DNA from: an uncultured delta proteobacterium
Lineage (GTDB): Bacteria; Desulfobacterota; BSN033; UBA1163
Assembly: GCA_963827685.1 (NCBI GenBank)
Contig: CAWHBU010000003.1
Coordinates: 832,001-896,000, forward strand
DNA: 64,000 bases
Reading direction: 5' to 3'
The first letter of the stretch is position 1, and the number at the start of each line of letters is the position of its first letter. The notes under the pieces are model-generated. The model had not been told where the DNA came from. It saw nothing but the letters and a program-made list of their open reading frames with translations, and searched no databases. This document shows, in pieces, positions 29,975 through 38,505 of this stretch. Made by a program: the position numbers and the translations under genes.

Positions 29975-31129
29975 TCAATAATCTGCCAAAAATCTCTCCA
30001 CAGAAGTCTCCATATCGAATAATCTTTTCAATTCCTCCCTTTTGGCTTCATCCCTTCCTTTTTCACCATGATCCTTATATTCAACTCTCCTCCTCATGGC
30101 TTCCTTAAGGGCCGTAATATTTTCTGGAGGAATCACCCAGGCCACTCCATACTGGCGACCCAGCATTCCCATATCCCCCACATCGGTGACGATCAGTTCT
30201 TTATTAAACCTCAATGCTTCTGAAAACACCAGAGGGATTGATTCAGACCTGGAAGGGATCACCACACCATCGGACGATTCATAAAGGGAAGCCAATGTCT
30301 CATCCGGTACATTTCCCATCCATGAAACGTGTTCCTCAAGTGCTTTCTCTTTAATAAAATTCTTTGCCCAATCCTCCATCCCACCTTTCCCGACGACCGT
30401 GAGATGGACACTCAATGCTTCTTTCTTCAGGTATGCCATGGATTGAAGCAGCAGGTCGATCCCTTTCACCCTCTCAATTCTTCCCACAAACAGAAAACGG
30501 TAAGGGCCCTCTGGTTTTTTAAGTCTCTGTTGTTTCTCGGGCTTATCCGGCCCCATTTTTTCAATGGTTCGTGTGGTGGCCAAAAAAAAACACTTTCTCT
30601 CAAACCGTTCTTCTATTCTCTTCGAAAGATCAAAACCATCCGCAAAAACACCTCTGGCTTCCTGAATGATTCTCCTCATCATCGGATAAAGGAAGGGATT
30701 CTTACCGTATCGATAAATATCTGAGCCGAGGGACCAAATGGAATAAGGAATCTTCGCTTGCCGGAAGGCCTGATTAGCAAAATAACCACTTGGAAGAACC
30801 CACAGGGCGAGGCATGCCTCCATCTTACTTTCTCTTATAAAGGTACACAATTCTCTCTTTCCGTTATGAAACAGACTTAAAATTTTGAACAAATCGAGCG
30901 GGCTAAAAGGGTTAAGCTGGACAAGGGGCTTCCTCGATTTGATCCAGGGGAACCATTTGACTTCTACATCTTTTAAAAACTCTTCCTTTTCTCCTGTGCG
31001 ATCCTGGGTAAAGACAAAGACCTGATGTCCCCTTTTTTTTAATCCCTTAATAAAATCGATAAGAAAAGGAGCCTGAGCGATGTCATCAGGGCGGGATGGA
31101 AAGGAAGAGGTAATGATGCAGATATTCAT
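29975..31129 (-). CDS. Glycosyltransferase family 4
   Basis: FVGRIERVKG, PSRSES.PLV..EA and TDVG. Confidence 0.9.
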   Translation of the reverse strand: MNICIITSSFPSRPDDIAQAPFLIDFIKGLKKRGHQVFVFTQDRTGEKEEFLKDVEVKWFPWIKSRKPLVQLNPFSPLDLFKILSLFHNGKRELCTFIRESKMEACLALWVLPSGYFANQAFRQAKIPYSIWSLGSDIYRYGKNPFLYPMMRRIIQEARGVFADGFDLSKRIEERFERKCFFLATTRTIEKMGPDKPEKQQRLKKPEGPYRFLFVGRIERVKGIDLLLQSMAYLKKEALSVHLTVVGKGGMEDWAKNFIKEKALEEHVSWMGNVPDETLASLYESSDGVVIPSRSESIPLVFSEALRFNKELIVTDVGDMGMLGRQYGVAWVIPPENITALKEAMRRRVEYKDHGEKGRDEAKREELKRLFDMETSVERFLADY

Positions 31130-31176
31130 GGATTCGTGTTAGTGATTCGTGTCAGTGATTCGTGATGATGGTTCGT
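31130..31176. repeat. Solo heptamer arm abutting the GT4 start codon
   Basis: gattcgtgttagtgattcgtgtcagtgattcgtga. Confidence 0.8.
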
Positions 31177-31181
31177 TAACA

Positions 31182-32129
31182 CTATTTCAGCTCCTTATTA
31201 TATTCCATATCGAACCACATGGCGAAAAAGAGGGACTGAAGACCTGATATCGCAAAGAAGGCTGCGAACAGAGCGCTCGTGGCTGCCACAGGTCCAGTAA
31301 AAAGTCTATAAATAAGAAGATAGCAGCCAAAAACAAAACCAATGGGGGTGAGGATGAAACCCAACAAGTAAAAAAGAACCAGCGGATGAAAATCTCGAAT
31401 AATGTATTTCTCTTTGAGCCGCCATAAAAAGAGTTTCAGAAGAAGAAAAGACAGGGTAAAAATGACCCTTGAGATTTTGATGCCGGAACGTTCCCCAATC
31501 CCATAGACGGGGTTGACGGACACATCCCTGACTCTGAAATGATAGACATTCAATCTCACTAAAAAATCGTTAGGCATTCCATAACGTCTGTAAACGCTAT
31601 CGAGATCGATGGTTTTAAGCACCTCCGAGTTAACGGCTCCATAGCCTGATTGGGAATCCGCGACATGCCAATATCCGGAAGCGATCTTTGTTAAAAAAGA
31701 AAGAACGGCATTTCCCAGATAACGGGTTTTGGGAATAACTTTCCAGGCCTTACCCGTAAAGAGACGGTTCCCTTTGGAATAGTCCACTTCCCCATCGACT
31801 ACGGGGTCCAATAAATTGGGAAGGTCTCTCGGGTCCATCTGCGCATCACCTGCCATGACCGCGCTGATGGAAATTCCATTGTCTCGGGCCCATTTATAGC
31901 CGGTGACGACGGCCCCGCCGACCCCCTCATTTCTTGGATGACGCAAATAGATGATCCGGGAATCTTCCTCCTGATGGGCTTTCACGACCTCCCCTGTCCG
32001 ATCGCTGCTGGCGTCATCCACGACGACAATGTGGTCGATAAAGGTTGGGGTTGTTTGAAGAACCTTTCCAATTAATTTCTCTTCGTTATAGGCAGGAACA
32101 ATGACAGCAATGACTTTATCTCGGTACAT
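31182..32129 (-). CDS. Glycosyltransferase family 2 (DPM-synthase-like, C-terminal TMs)
   Basis: VPAYNEE, VDDASSD, GDAQMDP and DSQSGY. Confidence 0.92.
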   Translation of the reverse strand: MYRDKVIAVIVPAYNEEKLIGKVLQTTPTFIDHIVVVDDASSDRTGEVVKAHQEEDSRIIYLRHPRNEGVGGAVVTGYKWARDNGISISAVMAGDAQMDPRDLPNLLDPVVDGEVDYSKGNRLFTGKAWKVIPKTRYLGNAVLSFLTKIASGYWHVADSQSGYGAVNSEVLKTIDLDSVYRRYGMPNDFLVRLNVYHFRVRDVSVNPVYGIGERSGIKISRVIFTLSFLLLKLFLWRLKEKYIIRDFHPLVLFYLLGFILTPIGFVFGCYLLIYRLFTGPVAATSALFAAFFAISGLQSLFFAMWFDMEYNKELK

Positions 32130-32144
32130 GTTTTCTCCAAAAGA

Positions 32145-32268
32145 CGTATCCGTGTCCGTTTTCCGTTTCCGGATTCGCTATGAGCATAGCGCCTGGAATA
32201 GCCCCGGGAGAGCAGATTAGGTGCCTACGGTTTTATTTCAAGCGGACACGTCACACGCTCACGGACAC
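32145..32268. repeat. CCGTGT-family hairpin element in the leader of the glycosylation operon
   Basis: cgtatccgtgtccgttttccgtttccgg ... cggacacgtcacacgctcacggacac. Confidence 0.7.
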
Positions 32269-32309
32269 ATTCTTATGAAGTCAATGGATATCACATAGAT
32301 AGGAGGGTG

Positions 32310-32427
32310 TCAACCCTGCGGAGTATTCTTGTGGAGTATTCCTACCCAAATCACTTCTTGCAAAGAACAAAATTCAAAGGCTCGCAATCTAGGGTCTATT
32401 GCCTTGGAGCTTACTCCACAGGGTCAA
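32310..32427. mobile_element. MITE-like element CCCTGCGGAGTA...TACTCCACAGGG flanked by TCAA direct repeats
   Basis: 12/13 inverted repeat at 32313-32325/32412-32424; TCAA at 32310 and 32424. Confidence 0.55.
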
Positions 32428-32572
32428 CCCTGTCGTTGAAGGAAGATCTCGCCGAATTTACCAGAAACTCCGATAAAAAAATAAATATTTCGGGTGTAGA
32501 CTTTCATACAACCATCGGGTCAATTGAGTTTCAAGAAATAGGAATGGAGAAATGTGAACTCATGAATGATTG

Positions 32573-32788
32573 TTACTCAATCACGGCAATGGTCGCGTCC
32601 GCTTCTACCTCCTGGCCTGCAGAGACGCATATCTGTTTCACCACCCCGCTCACTGGAGCAACCAGAGGCATTTCCATCTTCATGGCTTCCAATACGGCCA
32701 CCTGATCATCCTCTCTTACGTGATCTCCCACTTTTACTGAAACCGACACAATCTTCCCTACCATGGGTACTGTCACGGGTGTTGCCAT
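32573..32788 (-). CDS. Stand-alone biotin/lipoyl carrier protein
   Basis: EAMKME biotinylation motif; ATG 32788 follows AAGGAGGAGG. Confidence 0.9.
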   Translation of the reverse strand: MATPVTVPMVGKIVSVSVKVGDHVREDDQVAVLEAMKMEMPLVAPVSGVVKQICVSAGQEVEADATIAVIE

Positions 32789-32809
32789 AAATACCTCCTC
32801 CTTATTCCA

Positions 32810-32917
32810 TCGTGTCCGTATTCGTTTTCCGTGTCCGTCTTGGTCATGGATAGAAAGATGAGTGTTCAATGGGCTTATTATCACGGACACGAAACACGCC
32901 TGCCTGACGGTAGGCAG
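32810..32917. repeat. CCGTGT-family hairpin with an inserted CCTGCCTGACGGTAGGCAG palindrome
   Basis: cgtgtccgtattcgttttccgtgtccg ... cacggacacgaaacacg, followed by the REP-like palindrome at 32899-32917. Confidence 0.7.
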
Positions 32918-32960
32918 CGCGATGCCGGACTCGTTGATTTAACCTGAATCGCCCCTTATT

Positions 32961-33086
32961 TGTCAAGGAATTTTTACGGAGATTTCTGAAAAAGTCCAGA
33001 GATCTCCGATTACACCGATTAGGAAATGATTGCACAGATCAGAAAGTTCTGAATTTTTTCGGAACTTTCAAAAAAAAGAATTGACA
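32961..33086. promoter_or_regulatory. Back-to-back TTGACA promoters, each preceded by a 28-bp palindromic operator
   Basis: Minus strand GAGATCTCTG-GACTTTTT-CAGAAATCTC-N12-TTGACA; plus strand GAAAGTTCTG-AATTTTTT-CGGAACTTTC-N11-TTGACA. Confidence 0.6.
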
Positions 33087-33167
33087 TCACGAATAGATTA
33101 TAATAATTTATGTGAAAAAATTAACTAAATCCTGTAAAGAAAGACCAAACACAGGGAAGGAGGGTTT

Positions 33168-34022
33168 ATGGACATTAAGACGATCGGCGTATTGGGTGCA
33201 GGTTCCATGGGGAACGGAATTGCTCAGGTGGCGGCACAAGCCGGATACCAAGTGGTAATGAGAGATATCGAAGACCGCTTCGTTGAAAACGGTCTGAAAG
33301 CCATCGGAAAGTTCCTTGCCAAAAGCGTTGAAAAAGGAAAAATGACCGAAGAACAGAAGAAAGGAGTTCTCGGCAGAATCAAAGGAACGATCCGAATGGA
33401 GGATCTCAGGGATGCGGACTTTGTGATTGAAGCGGTTTTCGAAGACCTGGAGTTAAAGAAAAACATCTTCAAACAATTAGATGAACTGACACGACCCGGT
33501 GTCATCCTCACCACCAATACTTCCTCCATGTCGATCACAGAAATCGCGATGTCTACCAAACGACCTGAGAAGGTGGCAGGAATGCACTTTTTCAACCCTG
33601 CCCCCATCATGAAATTGGTCGAGGTGATACGGGGATATCATACGAATGACGAAACAATCCACGCCGTCATGGAGATGACGAAGAAGATGGGAAAGGAACC
33701 TGTCGAGGTGAAAAAGGATACCCCAGGATTCATCGTCAACCGCCTGATGATTCCCCATATGGTAGAGGCGATCAAGATGCTCGAGGAAGGGGTGGCCACC
33801 GCCGAAGACATCGATAAAGCGGTCAAATTGGGGCTGAATTATCCTATGGGGCCATTCGAGTTGATGGACCTCACCGGAGTGGACATCACCCTTCATGTCA
33901 CAGAATATCTTTATAAAGAATTAAACAAGGAGAGCAAGTGGTCTGCCCCTACCCTCTTCAAGTCGATGGTTCGGGCAGGAAGACTGGGAAGAAAAACCGG
34001 AGCAGGCTGGTATAAATACTAA
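33168..34022 (+). CDS. hbd: 3-hydroxybutyryl-CoA dehydrogenase
   Basis: GAGSMGNG, EAVFE, NTSS, GMHFFNPAP, PGFIVNR and GRKTGAGWY. Confidence 0.9.
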   Translation: MDIKTIGVLGAGSMGNGIAQVAAQAGYQVVMRDIEDRFVENGLKAIGKFLAKSVEKGKMTEEQKKGVLGRIKGTIRMEDLRDADFVIEAVFEDLELKKNIFKQLDELTRPGVILTTNTSSMSITEIAMSTKRPEKVAGMHFFNPAPIMKLVEVIRGYHTNDETIHAVMEMTKKMGKEPVEVKKDTPGFIVNRLMIPHMVEAIKMLEEGVATAEDIDKAVKLGLNYPMGPFELMDLTGVDITLHVTEYLYKELNKESKWSAPTLFKSMVRAGRLGRKTGAGWYKY

Positions 34023-34103
34023 AAAACGTGTCCGTCTTCCGTGTCGCGTGCCGAAAATAAAAAATAAATGCTAGCCGAAGATATGTGAATCTGCCCCTAT
34101 ATA

Positions 34104-34268
34104 CTCCCTCGCCCTTCGATGCCTGCCGGTAGGCAGGGGTGAGCGTGGACAAAATCGATTGGTTCCCTCTCCCCTTCACCCTGTTAGATTAGGGTGTTTG
34201 TTCAGCCCCTTTGCTCAAGCAATCTTCTATCTAACAGGGTCAACCCCCTCCCACGGTGGGGAGGGGAG
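34104..34268. repeat. Nested composite of REP-like palindromes
   Basis: CCCTCGCCC/CCCTCTCCCC...GGGGAGGGGA-type repeats interrupted by TGCCTGCCGGTAGGCAGG (34120-34137) and by ACCCTGTTAGAT...ATCTAACAGGGT (34178-34240). Confidence 0.65.
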
Positions 34269-34419
34269 GCTTTCAGGGAAATTGTCTTAAGTGATAAAGA
34301 TAACTCCTCAGAATTTGGATTAAAATATCTTAATTTGACAAATTTCCATAAATAAATCATTATATCCTTACCGTGTCCGGCCCAGGACACGAAATCCAAG
34401 CCAGAAGAAAGGAATTCCA

Positions 34420-36018
34420 ATGAAACTTAAAGCAATATTCCTATGCTTGTTTCTCGCCCTTATTCTTACCCTTCCTTCTCCTTCGATCACCCAAACCAGA
34501 GATCCCAACAAGGTCTACAAGGTAGCCATCCTCCCTTTTATGATTTATAGCCAAGAAAATCTGGATTATCTGCGGGAAGGGATCTATGACATCCTCACTT
34601 CTCGAATTACCGTGCAGGAGAGAATCGTCGTCATGGAACGGTCCATCGTTGAACGGGCTCTTTACGAAGAGAAGCCGACGCGACTCGACGAGGCAGCGGC
34701 CGCGAAGATCGGGATGAAAATCGGAGCCGATTATATCGTTCTCGGAAGTATCACAAAGGTCGGCGATTATATTAGCCTTGACGCCCGCCTCGTCAGCATC
34801 ACCGAGGAGAAGCCTCCTCTCAGCGCCTTTACCCAGCATAAAGGTATTGATGATGTGATGGTGAAGATCGGCGATTTTGCCCAGGACATCGGATATAAGA
34901 TCCTGGGCCGTCGCACCATGGCTGGCCGCCCCGGTGAACCCGGACAAAGGAGGGGGATCGAGAGGTTTGAGCGCGGGAGCATCGATTTTAAGAAGAGTCA
35001 GACCTTCGGCTTTGAAATCAAAGGCCTCGACATCGGCGATGTGTACGGGGACGGGAAGAACGAAGTGGTGGTCATGGATAACCATGACCTCTACATTTTT
35101 AAATATGATGGGGAGAAATTAAGCTTCTTTCAAAAGATCGAGCAAGGGTTCGAACACAACTTTTTGACCCTTGATGTGGCCGATTTGAACCATAACGGAC
35201 ATGCAGAAATTATTGTAACCTCTGTCGTTGAAGATGACCTCCGTTCCTTCATCCTGGAATACGAAGAGGGGAAATTCAAGAAGATCACCGAAAAAGCTGG
35301 CTGGTTTTTTCGCGTGCTGGACCATCCAAAAGAAGGACCTATCTTACTGGGTCAACAGAGAGGTTCAGACGGCCTGCCCGTCGACCCGATCTACAGGATG
35401 GTCTGGAAGAAAAAATCTTTTGAGAAGGGACCCAAGATGAATTTCCCAAGTGGGACGATGATCTTCGGCTTCACCATGGCCGACCTCCGGGGAAAAGGGA
35501 AACCTGAGATCATTGCCCTCGATAAGTTTGATCGTTTGAATATCTTTTCAGAAGACGGAAAAGGCCAGTGGAAGAGCGGGGACCGATTTGGTGGAACAAA
35601 CAACTACTACGATACGAAAAGGAAAGCAGATACCGGTTCCCGGCCCGACGACCCCCGGGCCTTCCGGGTATTTATCCCCGGAAGAGTCCTTACCAGGGAT
35701 CTCTACGGGGACGGGACCCCTCAGATTATCGTCAACAGGAACGAATTTTCATCCGGAAAGCTCTCCGAAAGGATAAGAACTTACGAGAAAGGGGAAATCC
35801 ATGGTCTCATCTGGGAGGAAGAGGGCCTGACGGCCAGCTGGAAGACCCGGGAGATCAAAGGCTATATAGCCGATTACCAGATAAGAGATGTGGAGAATAA
35901 TGGTAATGAAGAGCTGGTCGTCGCGGTCGTTGCTCCCGCAGACAGCGAAGAAGGCATTATTACAGGAATTCTCTCCCCCAAATCGAGAAGCAACATCTAT
36001 TTTTTCAAGCTCTATTAG
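34420..36018 (+). CDS. Exported protein with N-terminal TolB-N/CsgG-like domain and FG-GAP/VCBS repeats
   Basis: Signal peptide, VAILPF...GADYIVLGSI; repeated GDVYGDGKNE, ADLNHNGHAE and DVENNGNEE. Confidence 0.78.
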   Translation: MKLKAIFLCLFLALILTLPSPSITQTRDPNKVYKVAILPFMIYSQENLDYLREGIYDILTSRITVQERIVVMERSIVERALYEEKPTRLDEAAAAKIGMKIGADYIVLGSITKVGDYISLDARLVSITEEKPPLSAFTQHKGIDDVMVKIGDFAQDIGYKILGRRTMAGRPGEPGQRRGIERFERGSIDFKKSQTFGFEIKGLDIGDVYGDGKNEVVVMDNHDLYIFKYDGEKLSFFQKIEQGFEHNFLTLDVADLNHNGHAEIIVTSVVEDDLRSFILEYEEGKFKKITEKAGWFFRVLDHPKEGPILLGQQRGSDGLPVDPIYRMVWKKKSFEKGPKMNFPSGTMIFGFTMADLRGKGKPEIIALDKFDRLNIFSEDGKGQWKSGDRFGGTNNYYDTKRKADTGSRPDDPRAFRVFIPGRVLTRDLYGDGTPQIIVNRNEFSSGKLSERIRTYEKGEIHGLIWEEEGLTASWKTREIKGYIADYQIRDVENNGNEELVVAVVAPADSEEGIITGILSPKSRSNIYFFKLY

Positions 36019-36019
36019 C

Positions 36020-36454
36020 AGTGATGGTGTTTAGTGATGGTGGTGCGTAAAATAAGGTTGAAGACCTGGAGGTTTTTAAATTGTCGCATTCATTAGTCCT
36101 GAATGTTTACAAATTGACAGAGAATTTTCCGAAGGAAGAAAGGTTCGGCCTCATTTCTCAGATGAGGCGGTCGGCCTATTCTATCCCTACGAATATTATT
36201 GAGGGAAGCAATCCTTTGGATACAAAAGATTATAGGCGTTTTGTCGGAATAGCGAAAGGTTCGGCAGGCGAAATCTCTTATCAGATACTGCTTGCAAAAG
36301 ACTTAGGCTATGTTTCGGAGGAAATTTATTCAGAGATGAGAGAAAAATATGAAATTGTGATTAAAATGCTCTCCAGTTTAGCCAAATCATTGGGTAAAAA
36401 GACTCAATAAATCACCTACTTACCTGCACCATCACTATACACTATCACTAACAC
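36020..36454 (+). mobile_element. Filled element: AGTGATGGTG arm, four-helix gene, complementary CACCATCACT arm
   Basis: Arm 36020-36043 pairs with 36426-36449 at 21/24 positions. Confidence 0.7.
36081..36410 (+). CDS. Four-helix-bundle protein, subfamily B (N-terminus possibly damaged)
   Basis: FPKEERFGLISQMRRSAYSIPTNIIEG...FVGIAKGSAGEISYQILLAKDLGY; homology extends upstream (KVEDLEVFK) to an in-frame TAA at 36048. Confidence 0.85.
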   Translation: MSHSLVLNVYKLTENFPKEERFGLISQMRRSAYSIPTNIIEGSNPLDTKDYRRFVGIAKGSAGEISYQILLAKDLGYVSEEIYSEMREKYEIVIKMLSSLAKSLGKKTQ

Positions 36455-36594
36455 AAAAAAATGCTTGACAACTTTTGGGAGGGGTGGTATAAAACCAAAA
36501 CATTAAAAATTTCTAATTTTGATGAAGTGATTTTTCACAAATCCAAACAAGAAAGGGGGTGAAGATTCAGGGGGTGTAGTGGCAGGGAATTTTG

Positions 36595-36645
36595 TTAGTG
36601 AGTTTTGAGTTTAGGAATCACGAAACACGATTCACCAATCACGAA
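36595..36645. repeat. Chimeric arms in the porin leader: GAGTTT type followed by GAATCAC type
   Basis: ttagtgagttttgagtttag gaatcacgaaacacgattcaccaatcacgaa. Confidence 0.72.
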
Positions 36646-36666
36646 ATTAATTGAGGAGGAAAAGAG

Positions 36667-38295
36667 ATGAGAAAATTAATTGTTTTATCATTAGCTGGGC
36701 TCTTAATTTTGGCGTTTAGTGCGACAGGATATGCCCAGGCGCCAAAATTAGACTTCAGAGCATCAGGTTTTATCACTTTTCAATCGTTTATAGGCGAAGG
36801 CGTTCCGCAGTATGGTAGCGCCTCGACTATTTACGGGGTTGTCAACGGAAACTATAAGCAAATGGCATATGGATTGCCCGTTGGAGCGGTTGCCGTGAAC
36901 GCTCCAGGCTGGAACAGGACCCAGTCCAACTGGGAGGGACGCGCCCACCTCAAATTCGATGCGGTGATGGGCCCGAATTTGAGCGGAACCATCTGGTTTG
37001 AAATAGACACTATGCGATGGGGCGGCCCAATGAATTCATATGGCGCATGGCAGAGAGAGGCGAATAACTTTGGCACGTGGACGACTGACCGGACTGCCGT
37101 CGAGGTCAAGTGCATCTATATCGACGTCGGCCTCCCCTACTTTGGAATCCCGGTGCCCATGACGATGAGGATAGGTGCCCAGCCAATAGCCGTCCGGCCG
37201 AACATGATGGTCTATTCAGATGGTACAGGAATCACAGGCGGCATCAAGATTGACCCTGTGATGATCATGCCGATTTATGCCAAGGCCCTTGAAAACCTCG
37301 ATTTTGCCGACGACGATGTGGATGTCTATGGTCTTCATGCGAATGCCAAGATTGGTAAAATCACGGTAGGTGGCTATGGCCTGGTTTACAGAATGAACAC
37401 CTATCCGTTCAAAGTGGTACAATTACCGGGCATTATCTCCGCCCCTTTTGGTGGTGTACCAGCCGGTGCCACCGGTTTATATAGCGAAATCCCAGGGACC
37501 CTCAAATCCCATATGTGGTGGTTGGGAGCTTATTCGGATGGGAAGGTAGGTCCGGTTAATTACAATTACGACTTTGTGTATGACTACGGCTCGGTTGACG
37601 AGCGACTAACCCCAAATATGCACGATGTCAAATATGAGGGCTGGGCAACACGACTCCAAGTTGACTATCCGTGGGAGAAGTTCAACTTCGGAGTGGTTGG
37701 CATGTATGCTACGGGTGCTGACGCCAGAAGGAGTTCAACAAGTGGCCTCCCGGGAACCTCAACAGGCGCTTTTCCCGGTGCAGCTGCTGGGAAGCTTTCT
37801 ACCAGAAACACAAGCTTTGTCGTTCCACCTGGTTCAGAACAGGGACCAATACAAGGTGAATCGATGGTTGTCTATAGCATGGAGGGCAACACAGGCACCG
37901 GAGGCTACGGTATTGCCAACAATGCCAATTACGCCCAATTGAGCAGGGGCGGATTCGGTGGAACCTGGTTTACCAAGCTCTACGGCAGTGTGAAGTTAGC
38001 ACCGTGGTATAAAGTCACCGTTCAGGGACTTTATATTGGTGATACCACCGAACGCGGGAATACCTTCGGTAATGCTGTGAAGTACCAAGGTACCGGTATA
38101 CTGAGGGATGACACCAGCATCGGCTGGGAAATGGATCTGCTCCACGATTTCCAGATTTACCCAAACCTCAGGTTCTGGGTCGGTGCTGGATACCTCTTCG
38201 CTGGACCCGCACTGGATGTCAAAATGGCATCGGGAGGGAACCGCGCAGCGACCAACCCCTGGGCGGTCAGGACAAGCCTGACGTACACCTTCTAA
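36667..38295 (+). CDS. Outer-membrane beta-barrel porin-like protein
   Basis: Signal peptide, alternating amphipathic strands, Gly/Tyr-rich, C-terminal LTYTF. Confidence 0.78.
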   Translation: MRKLIVLSLAGLLILAFSATGYAQAPKLDFRASGFITFQSFIGEGVPQYGSASTIYGVVNGNYKQMAYGLPVGAVAVNAPGWNRTQSNWEGRAHLKFDAVMGPNLSGTIWFEIDTMRWGGPMNSYGAWQREANNFGTWTTDRTAVEVKCIYIDVGLPYFGIPVPMTMRIGAQPIAVRPNMMVYSDGTGITGGIKIDPVMIMPIYAKALENLDFADDDVDVYGLHANAKIGKITVGGYGLVYRMNTYPFKVVQLPGIISAPFGGVPAGATGLYSEIPGTLKSHMWWLGAYSDGKVGPVNYNYDFVYDYGSVDERLTPNMHDVKYEGWATRLQVDYPWEKFNFGVVGMYATGADARRSSTSGLPGTSTGAFPGAAAGKLSTRNTSFVVPPGSEQGPIQGESMVVYSMEGNTGTGGYGIANNANYAQLSRGGFGGTWFTKLYGSVKLAPWYKVTVQGLYIGDTTERGNTFGNAVKYQGTGILRDDTSIGWEMDLLHDFQIYPNLRFWVGAGYLFAGPALDVKMASGGNRAATNPWAVRTSLTYTF

Positions 38296-38308
38296 CCGAA
38301 GTGTAGCT

Positions 38309-38341
38309 AAAAGGGCGGTCATTTTGGCCGCCCTTTTTTTT
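38309..38341 (+). terminator. Rho-independent terminator
   Basis: AAAAGGGCGGTC-ATTTT-GGCCGCCC-TTTTTTTT. Confidence 0.88.
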
Positions 38342-38505
38342 GTCCCAAAAATAATCTCACTTGACTTTTGAAAGACAATATATCACCATCCATTCACTTA
38401 GCTTGACATCTCCATCAAAGTTGGTAATATAGCACTAAATTTTAACTCCTTCTCAACCTCCCTCCGGGTAGAGGAAGGTTGAGGGATGAAAGGAAGGAAG
38501 ACTTT

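Noticed and set aside
7502-31176. Repeat clusters as CRISPR arrays
   Set aside because: Units are 6-10 nt, tandem and without unique spacers, and there are no cas genes in the window.
32307-32705. 132-aa plus-strand ORF
   Set aside because: It starts in a MITE-like element, overlaps the biotin carrier antisense and has no motifs.
14830-36410. Diversity-generating retroelement suggested by the Avd-like genes
   Set aside because: No reverse transcriptase and no TR/VR pair with adenine-specific mismatches was noticed.
14830-36410. True 23S rRNA intervening sequences
   Set aside because: The flanks are protein-coding genes and there is no rRNA sequence in the window.
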